Of a stretch of DNA of 64,000 nucleotides, positions 11,213 through 20,484 are shown piece by piece (the stretch's first letter is position 1; the number at the start of each line of letters is the position of its first letter). The DNA comes from an uncultured delta proteobacterium (GTDB taxonomy: Bacteria > Desulfobacterota > Binatia > DP-6): the NCBI GenBank assembly GCA_963815115.1, contig CAWFFN010000009.1, forward strand, positions 544,001 to 608,000. The letters are read 5' to 3'. Both the position numbers and the translations under genes were made by a program. Under the pieces are notes generated by a model, which ran no database searches, was not told the DNA's origin, and saw only the letters and a list, made by a program, of their open reading frames with translations.

Positions 11213-11510
11213 GAGAGCGACCCGAGACTTCGTCTCGGGTCGAAAGCGGAGGCGAGCGTGTCACCTCGGGTGGATCGGGCGAACGCCGTGCCGTGGCCGG
11301 CGAAGCCGGCGCGGCAAAACGTGGCATGCCCCAGGCTCCGTTCCAATCCGTCCTGACCGGCCCACAGGCATGCCGTTCTCAACTCCGGAGTCGCACTCCG
11401 GACCGTTTGCCGCGGCGGCTTCGCCGCTCGCGGCACGACGAACGCACTGTTCATCGAGTGTGAGTCTCGCCTTCCGTCTCGACCCGAGACGAAGGTCTCG
11501 GGTCGTTCTC
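11213..11510. mobile_element. Nested-hairpin MITE/BIME-like element, copy 1 (298 bp, CTAG flanks)
   Basis: Inverted terminal units containing CGACCCGAGAC-loop-GTCTCGGGTCG hairpins (11218-11242, 11480-11505); CTAG at 11209-11212 and 11511-11514; homologous to 54204-54379. Confidence 0.75.
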
Positions 11511-12212
11511 CTAGCTCAGGTACGCGTCGAAGCCACGCTGCATGCCGGACAGCGCGATCACCGTCCAGCGGAACGCGTGCCGCACGAGCGTCTGCTGCTG
11601 CGGAGTCTGCACGAACGGCGCCAGCGCGCGCTCCGCGTTGTCGCCGTGCTCCTCCTCCGCCTCCACGTGGATGCGATAGAACTCGAGCGTCGGCTCGGGG
11701 ATGCCCTGACGCTTGAGACCCTGGTAGATCAGCGCGGCGCCGTTCGGGCGTCCCGGGACCTGGAGCTCGAGGCCGAGGCCGAAGCTGCCGAGCCCTTCCT
11801 CGAACGACGAGCGGCAGAAGGCGCCGAGGACGCTGGCGGCGCCGATGGTGGACGCCAGGGGAAGATGCTCCTTCGCGTCGACCTCGGTGATCCCCAGGCC
11901 GTTCAGCAATTGTAGATAGAGATCACGGTGGTCAGCCTCGCGCAGGAACCCGAGCTCGCCGGCGAGATTCCGCGCCACCAGGCGAGCGCTCTCGCGCTCG
12001 ACCACGGTGGGCGCGTGCGACAGCCAGGCCGTGAGGGCGGGGATGCCGGGCTGGATGAAGTGGTACATGTCCTTGGCCCACAGGAGGAGCAGGTCGCGCG
12101 GCAGCTCGCCGCGAACGAGCGCGGCGAAGAAGCGTCCCGCGCCCGGCTGAGCCTGCTTGAAGGCGATGCACTCGTCCAGGAACTCGCGCGCAGTGGGCAT
12201 GTGCTCAGGCAT
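11511..12212 (-). CDS. Heme-oxygenase-like (TenA/PqqC/CADD) redox protein
   Basis: NLAGELG...DHRDLY, GLELQVP, EFYRIHVEAEEEHG metal-binding pattern. Confidence 0.8.
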   Translation of the reverse strand: MPEHMPTAREFLDECIAFKQAQPGAGRFFAALVRGELPRDLLLLWAKDMYHFIQPGIPALTAWLSHAPTVVERESARLVARNLAGELGFLREADHRDLYLQLLNGLGITEVDAKEHLPLASTIGAASVLGAFCRSSFEEGLGSFGLGLELQVPGRPNGAALIYQGLKRQGIPEPTLEFYRIHVEAEEEHGDNAERALAPFVQTPQQQTLVRHAFRWTVIALSGMQRGFDAYLS

Positions 12213-12348
12213 TTTGCGCTTCTACCGCCGTTCCGGTGTGTGCGACAAGAGGCGATGCGATCCGCGACTCCCGACCGAACCGCGTTGCAGACCTGCTCGA
12301 ACAGCGCAGTACCGCGAGCCGTCACGATGTCATTTTCCCTTGCGCCGC

Positions 12349-12364
12349 GGGCATGCGCCTTGCT
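12349..12364 (+). promoter_or_regulatory. Sigma54 promoter A
   Basis: GGGCATGCGCCTTGCT; GG 12350-12351, GC 12362-12363; predicted +1 about 12375, which is the ATG. Confidence 0.7.
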
Positions 12365-12374
12365 CCTCTCCACG

Positions 12375-14546
12375 ATGCTTCAGCTCGATCGTGGCCGTTT
12401 CGTGCTCGCCGCCCTGTTGCTCGGAGGGTCGGTCTCCGCGGCGTTCGGCGCTCCCTGCGCAGGCACCGGAACCAAGCTCTGCGCGGACGGCGCGGGCGAC
12501 TGCACCATCTCCGTGGACTGCAGCGTCCAGTCGGGGCTGATTCTCGACCTCGGCAGCCGCAAGCTCGTCGTGGCGGCGAGCAAGACGCTCACGATCCTGG
12601 ACCAGGGCGTTCTCTTCGTCACCGCGAACGGCGTCGTGCTCCAGCCCGGGGCGAAGATCGTGGCCGGCGGCGACGGAACCGGGACGCAGGTCGTCGTGCT
12701 GACCTCGTCCACCGATCTCACGCTCGCAGACGGCTCGCTGATCGACGTCAGCTCGGCCGCCGGCGGAGGCAACGTCGAGCTCTATGCCAACGCCGGTGCG
12801 GCGAACGTCACCGGTGTGATCAGGGGGAACCACGGCACGGGACGCGATTCCGACGGCGGCACGGTCACGATCGAGGCGTCGGGCGACGTCAGCATCGCGG
12901 GCGCGAGCCAGGCAGCGATCGACGTCACGGGCGGAGACCGCGATGGTGGCGGAGGCATCGTGACCGTGGTGTCCGACAACGGAAAGGTCACCATCGCCGC
13001 TCCCATCGATGCGCACGGCGGCGGGTTCGACGGCGGCGACGTCGAGTTCGACGCCGGCACCGACGTGATCACCACCGCGGCGGCCTCGATCCAGATCGAG
13101 GCCGAGGGACCGGGCGGCAGCGGCGGCAGCCTCGACGTCAGCGCGAACGGCTCCATCACGCTGGGCGGGAACGTCGTCGGCACGCCCCAGGGCGACGAGG
13201 ACAACGGGACGGGCCTCGGCGGCGACGTCGACCTCGAAGCGGGGTCGGGGAACATCGCCGTCACCGCGATCGTGGACATGAGTGGCGCGGAGCCGGACGG
13301 CGACGGCGGCACGTTCACCGCAGCGACCGACGGCGACGTGACGATCTCGGGCAAGATCTCCGTCTCGACGCCGGGGGATGCGAGCGGCGGCGACGTGACG
13401 GTGGCGGCCGGAGGTGCGGCCACTGTGTCCAGCCCGGTCGACTCCAGCGGACCGTTCTTCGGTGGCACGGCAGACATCTCCGCCGGCACCCTGGCGAAGC
13501 TCACGGGCAGCGGCATGCTGAAGGTGGACGGTGGCACCCTTCCCAACGGCTTCTCCGGCGAGGTGTCGGTCCAGGGATGCAGCGTGCAGCTCGACCCCGG
13601 CACCACCATCTCCGCGCTCGGACCCGGGACGATCGCGCCGGCGGCGAGCAACCTGATCCAGGCCAGCAGCTCGATGATCATCGGGGGGACGCTCAAGGCG
13701 GGCGCGCTGAACGAGCTCGACTATCGCGACGATCCAGGGATCATCCACGTGCTGCCTGGCGCTGTGATCACGCCGAAGGAGGTGCGGGTGCAGATCCCGG
13801 CGCTGCCCTGCTGCGGCGCGGCGTGCGCCACGACCACCACGACGAGCACCTCGACGACGAGCACGACCTCGACCGCTCCGGCAACGACCACGACCACCGC
13901 GACGACCCCGGCGACGACGAGCACGACGATCGTCGTGGTCACGACGACCACCACGACGGTTCCGACGACCACCAGCACCACCACGATCGTGGTGACGACG
14001 ACCACCACGACGACGTCATCGACGACCACCTCGACCACGACGTCGTCCACCACGGCGGCTCCGACGACGTCCACCGCTCCCGAGACCTCGACCACCTCGA
14101 GCACGGTCGCGAGCACCACGACCTCCACCGCGCCCGCCTCCACCACCACGACCGTCACGACGGCGTCTCCCACGACGACCACGCAGCCCGCGCCTGCCTG
14201 CTCCGGCGAGGCGAACGGCGTCGCCGGCGCGTCGTGCTGGGTGCAGCAGCTGAGCACGACCCTGCAGACGACCTCGCCGGACGAGCTCGGCGGGGCGCGC
14301 ACCAGCAAGCGGCTGGGCGCGCTCGTCCGGAACGCGACCCAGTACCTCGACTCCGCCGATCGCGGCGTGAAGGTGAAGGCCAATCTCCGGCGGGCGCACC
14401 GCAAGCTGAAGGCCTTCGAACACGTCGTGCAGCAGGCGATGAAGCGCAAGCGCGGTCCGCTCGATCCGCAGATCGGTCAGCTCATCCTCGGTGCGGTGAC
14501 CGGGGCCGACTCGGAGATAGATGTGGCCGTGGCGAGCGGCCAGTAG
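12375..14546 (+). CDS. Secreted Gly/Asp-rich beta-helix-like protein with poly-Thr linker and basic helical C-terminal domain
   Basis: Signal peptide MLQLDRGRFVLAALLLGGSVSAAFG; repeated (D/G)GG.V.(I/L).A..D(V/I) units; ~120-aa Thr/Ser tract; C-terminal LRRAHRKLKAF helix. Confidence 0.8.
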   Translation: MLQLDRGRFVLAALLLGGSVSAAFGAPCAGTGTKLCADGAGDCTISVDCSVQSGLILDLGSRKLVVAASKTLTILDQGVLFVTANGVVLQPGAKIVAGGDGTGTQVVVLTSSTDLTLADGSLIDVSSAAGGGNVELYANAGAANVTGVIRGNHGTGRDSDGGTVTIEASGDVSIAGASQAAIDVTGGDRDGGGGIVTVVSDNGKVTIAAPIDAHGGGFDGGDVEFDAGTDVITTAAASIQIEAEGPGGSGGSLDVSANGSITLGGNVVGTPQGDEDNGTGLGGDVDLEAGSGNIAVTAIVDMSGAEPDGDGGTFTAATDGDVTISGKISVSTPGDASGGDVTVAAGGAATVSSPVDSSGPFFGGTADISAGTLAKLTGSGMLKVDGGTLPNGFSGEVSVQGCSVQLDPGTTISALGPGTIAPAASNLIQASSSMIIGGTLKAGALNELDYRDDPGIIHVLPGAVITPKEVRVQIPALPCCGAACATTTTTSTSTTSTTSTAPATTTTTATTPATTSTTIVVVTTTTTTVPTTTSTTTIVVTTTTTTTSSTTTSTTTSSTTAAPTTSTAPETSTTSSTVASTTTSTAPASTTTTVTTASPTTTTQPAPACSGEANGVAGASCWVQQLSTTLQTTSPDELGGARTSKRLGALVRNATQYLDSADRGVKVKANLRRAHRKLKAFEHVVQQAMKRKRGPLDPQIGQLILGAVTGADSEIDVAVASGQ

Positions 14547-14682
14547 CAAGCGTTCGCGGCGTGCTGCCCGAAGGTCGCGGTCGGTGCTGCCCCAACGTCG
14601 GGGCGGCACGCAACCGTGCGCGATCTCTGCACTCCCGCGAGAGAAGAGGTGTGGGGACGCCCGTCTCCGTGGACACATGCGC

Positions 14683-14698
14683 GGGCATGCGCGTTGCT
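14683..14698 (+). promoter_or_regulatory. Sigma54 promoter B
   Basis: GGGCATGCGCGTTGCT; GG 14684-14685, GC 14696-14697; ATG at 14710. Confidence 0.7.
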
Positions 14699-14709
14699 GC
14701 CTCGGCGCG

Positions 14710-16743
14710 ATGATGCTCGCGCGGCACCTGGCGACCATCGGGGGAGTCGTCGCCGTCTGCCTCGCCCTCGGCGCCACCGGCGCTCGGGCGCAGTGCGACT
14801 TGAGCCAGCTCTGCGCCGCTCCGGCCGCCGGCGACCCCTGCGTCATCTCGGCGAACCACACGGTGCCCGGTGATCGGCCAGGTTGTACGCTCGATCTGGG
14901 TGGCCGGGGACTGGTCATCAAGGCGGACAAGACGCTGACGGTCGGCAGCGGCCTCGGTGGGCTCACCATCCGCGCTCGCACCATCCTGCTCGAGGCGAAC
15001 GCGCAGATCGTGGCCAACGGATTGCCCGTGGCGGGCTTCGGTACCCTCGGTGGACTCGTCGGGCTCGTCGCCGACGATACCATCACGCTCCAGAACCTCG
15101 GCACGAAGCGGGCCCGGGTCTCGGTCGCCGGCACCAGCGGCCAGCTCGTTCTCCAGGCTGGCAACGACATCGGCCTGGGCGGATCGCTCGAGGCGCAGGC
15201 CACCGACTCCGATGGAAACGGCGGCGACATCATGGTCACCTCGCTCCAGGGCAACATCACGGTCTCGGGCGCTGGCATCCGTGCGGACGGCGGCAACGAT
15301 GCGGAGAACGGCGCCTCGGGCGGCACCATCGATCTCGAAGCGCACGGCAACGTGACCATCGACGCGCCGATCGACGATTCCGACGGCGACTGTGGCGATG
15401 CCTGCGGGACCGACGTGACCGCGGAGACGGGCGACGTGACGGTGACGGCCAACGGCAGCATAGACGTCAGCGGTAGCGGGAGCATCGCATCGGGTGGCGA
15501 CGTCCAGATCATGGCGGCAGGCGCGGTACGGCTCTCCGGGCCGATTCTCGGCACCGCCACCGGCACCAACGGCGATGACGGCGAAGGTGGCATCGGCGGT
15601 GGGCTCTCCATCTCGGCCGGATCGAGCGTCATGCTCGCGGCGCAAGTGGCTCTCTCCGGCCACAGTCTCGACGGCGACGGCGGTGACGTCGACGTCGAGG
15701 CCGGTGGCGACATCACGCTGGCCGCCAGCGGCTCGCTGCTCGTGCCGACCTCCGGACTGGGAGGAGGTGGCAACGTGCTCGCCAGGTCCGGCGGAAATGC
15801 CACGATGACCGGTCCCGTCGATGCGCGCGGTGACGAGTTCGGCGGCACGATCGAGATCGACGCGGCCGGCGCGGTCACGATCTCCGGGGCCCTCCGTGCC
15901 GACTCGCGCGCCCCGACCGCGGAGAACGGGGGGACGGGCGGCACGATCCTCATCCAGGCGTGCACCATCTCCGCGCCGGCCGGCGCCATCATCTCGAGCG
16001 TGGGACCGGGCCCCGCGCCCGACAATGCGACCAACCACCTGGTGGCCTCGGGGCACATGACGCTCGGATGCGACCTGCACGCCGGCACGGACGGCGACGA
16101 GCCGCACAACGTCCTGGAGGCGCCGAGCAACGCCGGCATCGTCTTCCTCGCCTCCATCGATCCGCTGCCGCCACCGTTCCTGGTCGAGAACCCGGACCTT
16201 CCCTGCTGCGAGGGTTGCAGCACGACCACCACCACCAGCACCGCGACGACGACCACGCTCAGGACGCCGCCGACCACCGCGCCGGGTGGCGCGACGACGA
16301 CCACGACCACCGCGCCGGGTGGCGCGACGACGACGGCGCCCGGCGCGACCACGACCACCAGCGGCCCGGGCACTCCCCCGACGACCCAGGGCCCGAGCGA
16401 CTGCACCGAGCAGGCACTGGTCGGATTCGACGCCCTCGCCTGCCGGCTCGGGACGATCCGGCTCGATCTCGACGCCCTCCCGGTCGAAGCGCTCGGGGGC
16501 AAGAAGATCGGGCGGCAGCTCACCGCCAGCCTCGACAGATCGACGCGCGCCATGCAGGACGCCCAGCAGGGCAAGAAGGTGACCGCCAGCCTGCGCCGCG
16601 CGAGGAAGCAGCTGAGGGCGTTCGTGCGCGCGCTCGACCGCGCACAGCGCAAGGGCATGCCGCCGGACGAGTGGTCCCGCCTCCAGAGCCTCGCCAGCGA
16701 GGCCATGGCCGAGGTCGACGGCTTGCGCGCGAGCGCGCGCTGA
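14710..16743 (+). CDS. Secreted paralog of 12375-14546 (beta-helix-like, Thr linker, basic helical C-terminal domain)
   Basis: Shared LDLG.R.LV....KTLT, DGDGG, LPCC..C.TTTT and LGG.K...LRRARKQLRAF. Confidence 0.8.
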   Translation: MMLARHLATIGGVVAVCLALGATGARAQCDLSQLCAAPAAGDPCVISANHTVPGDRPGCTLDLGGRGLVIKADKTLTVGSGLGGLTIRARTILLEANAQIVANGLPVAGFGTLGGLVGLVADDTITLQNLGTKRARVSVAGTSGQLVLQAGNDIGLGGSLEAQATDSDGNGGDIMVTSLQGNITVSGAGIRADGGNDAENGASGGTIDLEAHGNVTIDAPIDDSDGDCGDACGTDVTAETGDVTVTANGSIDVSGSGSIASGGDVQIMAAGAVRLSGPILGTATGTNGDDGEGGIGGGLSISAGSSVMLAAQVALSGHSLDGDGGDVDVEAGGDITLAASGSLLVPTSGLGGGGNVLARSGGNATMTGPVDARGDEFGGTIEIDAAGAVTISGALRADSRAPTAENGGTGGTILIQACTISAPAGAIISSVGPGPAPDNATNHLVASGHMTLGCDLHAGTDGDEPHNVLEAPSNAGIVFLASIDPLPPPFLVENPDLPCCEGCSTTTTTSTATTTTLRTPPTTAPGGATTTTTTAPGGATTTAPGATTTTSGPGTPPTTQGPSDCTEQALVGFDALACRLGTIRLDLDALPVEALGGKKIGRQLTASLDRSTRAMQDAQQGKKVTASLRRARKQLRAFVRALDRAQRKGMPPDEWSRLQSLASEAMAEVDGLRASAR

Positions 16744-16881
16744 CCGGAACGGTCGGCGCCGCAACCTTCAACCACATGGCAGGCCCGCAACGTGGCGGCG
16801 GCAACGCTGCGCCGCTGCACGATGCCCTCGAACGAAGGGCACGTAGATAGCTGAATTCCCTGACGCTGGCCGAGCTTGCCG

Positions 16882-16897
16882 CGGCACGTCCGTTGCT
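16882..16897 (+). promoter_or_regulatory. Sigma54 promoter C
   Basis: CGGCACGTCCGTTGCT; GG 16883-16884, GC 16895-16896; GTG 16909 / ATG 16912. Confidence 0.7.
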
Positions 16898-16908
16898 CGA
16901 CCAGCGCC

Positions 16909-18189
16909 GTGATGGGGAGCTTCAGAGCGCTGGGCCTTGCCCTGGCGCCCGCGATCCTGCTGGCCGTGGGAGCGCTGCCGGCGCGCGCCGACGACGGCCT
17001 CACCTTCTTCCTCCAGGGAGACCCCGGCAGCTTGACGCTGTCGAGCGTCCCGTCCAACCAGGCAGATGCCCGGGAGCTGCCGGCACGCGACAACACGGTG
17101 AAGAGCGGCGACGTCCTGTCGCTCGGCGTGTTTCTCGGCCCGGTCGCGACCCAGCCCCGGAAGATTCCCGTCGGACCCGGTCTGGCCACGATGTATCTCG
17201 CCTCGGGGACGAGCGGGATGAACGGTTGCGCGGAGGTGGCGGTCGCGCTCTTCCGCCAGCAGCCGGGCGGGGCGCGCGTGGTGCTGGCGGCCACCACGAT
17301 CGGGAGGGTTTCCCTGGTCGGGAAGCGTAGCACCATGGCTCCGATCCAGGTCGGGTTGACGGTGCAAGGCACGCCCGCCGTCCGCACGCTGGCTCCCGGC
17401 GAGCGGATCGGCTTCCAGGTCAGCGTTGCCAACCGCTGTACGGAGGGCGCGCACGCCGTGAGCCTGCTCTACGACGCCACGACCAACCAGAGCCAGGTCG
17501 GGCTCGTCGACAACTGTCCCGGCGTTGCGAACCCCGACCAGCTCGACGACGACGACGACACCCGCGGCAACGCCTGCGACGACTGCCCGACGGTTCCCAA
17601 CGCCAACCAGCGCGACTTCGACGCCGATGGCCTCGGCGATGCCTGCGACAACTGCCCGACGGCGCCGAATCCCGACCAGGCCAACGTCGACGGCGACCGG
17701 GTCGGCGATGCGTGCGACATCTGTCCGGCCGACGCCGGCGAGCCGAACGATCCCACGGGCTGTCCCTGCCAGAAGCTCAGCTGCGACGACGGCAACGCCT
17801 GCACCACCGATGTCTGCGTCGCCGGCGCCGGATGCCAGCACACCGACGCGGTGTCGCTCGACGCGGTGCGCTGTCGCCTCGCCGGCTTCAGGGACGCGGT
17901 GGGTCGCGCCTCGTCGAGCCAGCTCGATCCGAAGCTCCTCGGCAAGCACGGCAAGCTGTCGCGACTTCTCGGACGCTGCGACCGGGCGATCGACGCGCTC
18001 GTCACCGCGAAACGGCGTGGGGTCAAGCGGCGCATCGACAAGCGGTTCGACATCCTCGAGAACGTTCTCCAGCGCCTGATCCTCCAGGTCGACAGGGGAT
18101 TTGGCGAGGGACTCGTGCAGCAGTCCGAGCGCGACGAGCTCCTGCATCTCGCGACCGAGGCCGCCAGCGCAGCCCGCAGCGCGCGCTAG
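16909..18189 (+). CDS. Secreted protein with thrombospondin type-3 repeats, a [10 protein letters not shown] repeat and a basic helical C-terminal domain
   Basis: Signal peptide ...[11 protein letters not shown]; DNCP..ANPDQ.D.D.D..G(N/D)ACD x3; [12 protein letters not shown]. Confidence 0.82.
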   Translation: MMGSFRALGLALAPAILLAVGALPARADDGLTFFLQGDPGSLTLSSVPSNQADARELPARDNTVKSGDVLSLGVFLGPVATQPRKIPVGPGLATMYLASGTSGMNGCAEVAVALFRQQPGGARVVLAATTIGRVSLVGKRSTMAPIQVGLTVQGTPAVRTLAPGERIGFQVSVANRCTEGAHAVSLLYDATTNQSQVGLVDNCPGVANPDQLDDDDDTRGNACDDCPTVPNANQRDFDADGLGDACDNCPTAPNPDQANVDGDRVGDACDICPADAGEPNDPTGCPCQKLSCDDGNACTTDVCVAGAGCQHTDAVSLDAVRCRLAGFRDAVGRASSSQLDPKLLGKHGKLSRLLGRCDRAIDALVTAKRRGVKRRIDKRFDILENVLQRLILQVDRGFGEGLVQQSERDELLHLATEAASAARSAR

Positions 18190-18243
18190 CTTCCGCCCGA
18201 ACGTCTGGCATCCCCGCGGGGCGTTCTCTATACAGTCGCCCGG

Positions 18244-20241
18244 ATGCGAGTCGTCGTGGTCGGGTTGATGCTGGTTGCCGTCGCATGCGGACCGCCGATC
18301 TCGGTCCGCCGCGCCCCGCCCCGGACGGTCACGGCCGGTCTCACCCGGAGCGCCCTCAACGGTGGCGTGCCGAGCCTCCCGACCCAGAACACGCTGTATC
18401 GCTGGAACCTCACCGACCGCTTCAAGCACGATCCGGAAGGCGCCATCGCCGCGCTGCACAACCTGGTCGTCACTGGAAAGGCCGCGGAGGGCAGTATCTT
18501 CGCGCTCGCCGAGCTGTCGTTCGAGTACGCGGACGTCAGCCACAAGCGGGAGTACTACCTGGCTTCCGCCGTCTACGCGTACGCCTTTCTCTTCCCCGGG
18601 GCCGCGGGCGAGCCGCCCGGGAATCTGGACCCGCGGGTTCGCATCGCCGCCGATCTCTACAACCGCGGACTCACCCAGGCCTTTGCCTCGAAGGACGGCT
18701 CTCGTGTCGACCTCCAGTCCGGCGTCTACCCGCTCCCCTTCGGCCAGCTCGCGGTCGCACTCGACCCGGCAAGCCTGCGCTGGGGGACCCAGACGCTCTA
18801 CGACTTCGTCCCCGTGGCGGAGCTCAAGGTGAGCGGGCTCGGCGCCCGCTATCGCCGACCGGGCATCGGTGCCCCGCTGGCGGCGAGCGCGTCGGTCGAC
18901 GACCCGGCGCACCAGGGCAAGGAGTTTGCCGCGCTGAACGTCAAGGTGCCGGTGACCGCGGTCCTGCTCATCGACGATCCGCGGCACCAGCTCGCGCGAG
19001 CGGACATGCAAGCGAAGCTCGATGTCTACGACGGCTTCAGCAGACCCACGGTCGACATCGACCATCGCCAGGTGCCGCTCGAGGTGGAGCCGACCGCGGC
19101 GCTGGCGTACGGGCTGAGCGGTTCGAAGGTCTGGGGCTGGGAGCTCTGGGGCTTTCTCCTCGGTGACCTGATGGGTCAGGAGCGCACCTCGCTCGCCTTC
19201 TCTCAGCCCTACCGTCCAGGCCGCATCCCCGTCGTCTTCGTCCACGGCACGGCGTCGAGCCCGGGACGCTGGGCCGACATGCAGAACGTGCTGAGCAACG
19301 CTCCGAACCTGGCCGACCGCTACCAGTACTGGTTCTTCTTCTACGAGACGGAGAACCCGATTCCCTACTCGGCCATGCGCCTCCGCGAGTCCCTCGTGGG
19401 GGCGGTGCACACGCTCGACCCGGAGGGGAAGGACCCGGCGCTGCGCCAGATGGTGGTGATCGGGCACAGCCAGGGCGGCTTGCTGACGAAGATGACGGCG
19501 ATCGACTCTGGGACGAAGCTGTGGGACTCCTTCGCGCGCAAGCCGCTCGACCAGATGAACGTCGGCTCGGAGACGCGCGACCTGCTGCAGCGCGCGATGT
19601 TCGTCAAGCCGTTGCCCTTCGTGAGCCGGGTGATCTTCATCTCGACTCCGCACCACGGGGCGTATGCCGCGGGATTGTCCATCGCCCACTGGGTGGCCCG
19701 CTTCGCGCGCCTCCCGCAGACCGTCCTCGGCGTCACGGGCGACCTCTTCAAGGGCAGCAACGCTGCCGACATCCGGCTCGACCCCAGCCGGCCGCACATC
19801 GGCGCCGTCTACGGCATGACGCCCGGCAGTCCGCTCGTGAAGGCGCTCGCGCCGATTCCGCTCGCTCCCGGCGTCACGGCGCACTCCATCATCCCGGTGC
19901 AGGGTGACCTGCCACCGGACGACCAGGGCGACGGTGTGGTGAAGTATCAGAGCGCGCACATCGACGGCGTCGAGTCCGAGCTGGTCGTGCCGCACTCGGG
20001 CCACTCGGTGCAGGGCAACCCGATCGCCATCGAGGAGGTCCGCCGCATCCTCGTCGAGCACGCCAACCAGGTGTGCGCGAGGGAGAAGGTCGCCTGCGGC
20101 CCGGCGCCCGCGCCGAGCGTCGAGACGCCGCCTGCATCCAAGAAGCCGCCGGGACGACGATCAGGCGGACGGCGCGTTCCCGCCGCTGTCGTCCCCGTGC
20201 AGCCCGCTGTCGTCCCCGCGCAGCCGGTCGACGAGCGGTAG
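18244..20241 (+). CDS. Alpha/beta-hydrolase (esterase/lipase) lipoprotein
   Basis: Lipobox VAC; PVVFVHGTASS, GHSQGG nucleophile elbow, STPHHG, DGVV, SGHS. Confidence 0.85.
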   Translation: MRVVVVGLMLVAVACGPPISVRRAPPRTVTAGLTRSALNGGVPSLPTQNTLYRWNLTDRFKHDPEGAIAALHNLVVTGKAAEGSIFALAELSFEYADVSHKREYYLASAVYAYAFLFPGAAGEPPGNLDPRVRIAADLYNRGLTQAFASKDGSRVDLQSGVYPLPFGQLAVALDPASLRWGTQTLYDFVPVAELKVSGLGARYRRPGIGAPLAASASVDDPAHQGKEFAALNVKVPVTAVLLIDDPRHQLARADMQAKLDVYDGFSRPTVDIDHRQVPLEVEPTAALAYGLSGSKVWGWELWGFLLGDLMGQERTSLAFSQPYRPGRIPVVFVHGTASSPGRWADMQNVLSNAPNLADRYQYWFFFYETENPIPYSAMRLRESLVGAVHTLDPEGKDPALRQMVVIGHSQGGLLTKMTAIDSGTKLWDSFARKPLDQMNVGSETRDLLQRAMFVKPLPFVSRVIFISTPHHGAYAAGLSIAHWVARFARLPQTVLGVTGDLFKGSNAADIRLDPSRPHIGAVYGMTPGSPLVKALAPIPLAPGVTAHSIIPVQGDLPPDDQGDGVVKYQSAHIDGVESELVVPHSGHSVQGNPIAIEEVRRILVEHANQVCAREKVACGPAPAPSVETPPASKKPPGRRSGGRRVPAAVVPVQPAVVPAQPVDER

Positions 20242-20484
20242 GAGCGCCGCTACCAGCACGGGAACGATCGCACCGCCGAGCAGCAATCGCTCGTGCGAGT
20301 CGAGCAGCCCGCGTAACGAGGCGCCGACCGTCCCCGCAACCGCTCCGTCGACGCCGATCAGCGAGAACAACACGCGCCACGGATCGAATTCCTTGCGCGC
20401 CAGCCGGACCTCGAGCTGGAGCAGGTCGCGGTGCGCGTCGATCCTGGCCTGGAGCAGCGCCCGCCGGTACTCGATGTCGGTCAT
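20161..20484 (-). CDS. YqjK-like small membrane protein
   Basis: RRALLQARIDAHRDLL N-terminus, hydrophobic segment; third gene of an elaB-yqjE-yqjK-like operon with ATGA overlap. Confidence 0.6.
   Translation of the reverse strand: MTDIEYRRALLQARIDAHRDLLQLEVRLARKEFDPWRVLFSLIGVDGAVAGTVGASLRGLLDSHERLLLGGAIVPVLVAALLPLVDRLRGDDSGLHGDDSGGNAPSA
20183..20224. repeat. 21-bp tandem duplication inside a convergent gene overlap
   Basis: CCGCTGTCGTCCCCGTGCAGC followed by CCGCTGTCGTCCCCGCGCAGC (20/21 identical). Confidence 0.85.

Noticed and set aside
11213-11510. Hairpin units as CRISPR repeats or simple terminators
   Set aside because: Units are inverted and nested, not direct with unique spacers; no U-tracts, and internal sequence is shared between copies.
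13830-14185. ACG/ACC-rich repeats (also ~24980, ~25970, ~34800) resembling an array
   Set aside because: They encode poly-Thr linkers; no repeat-spacer structure and no cas genes.
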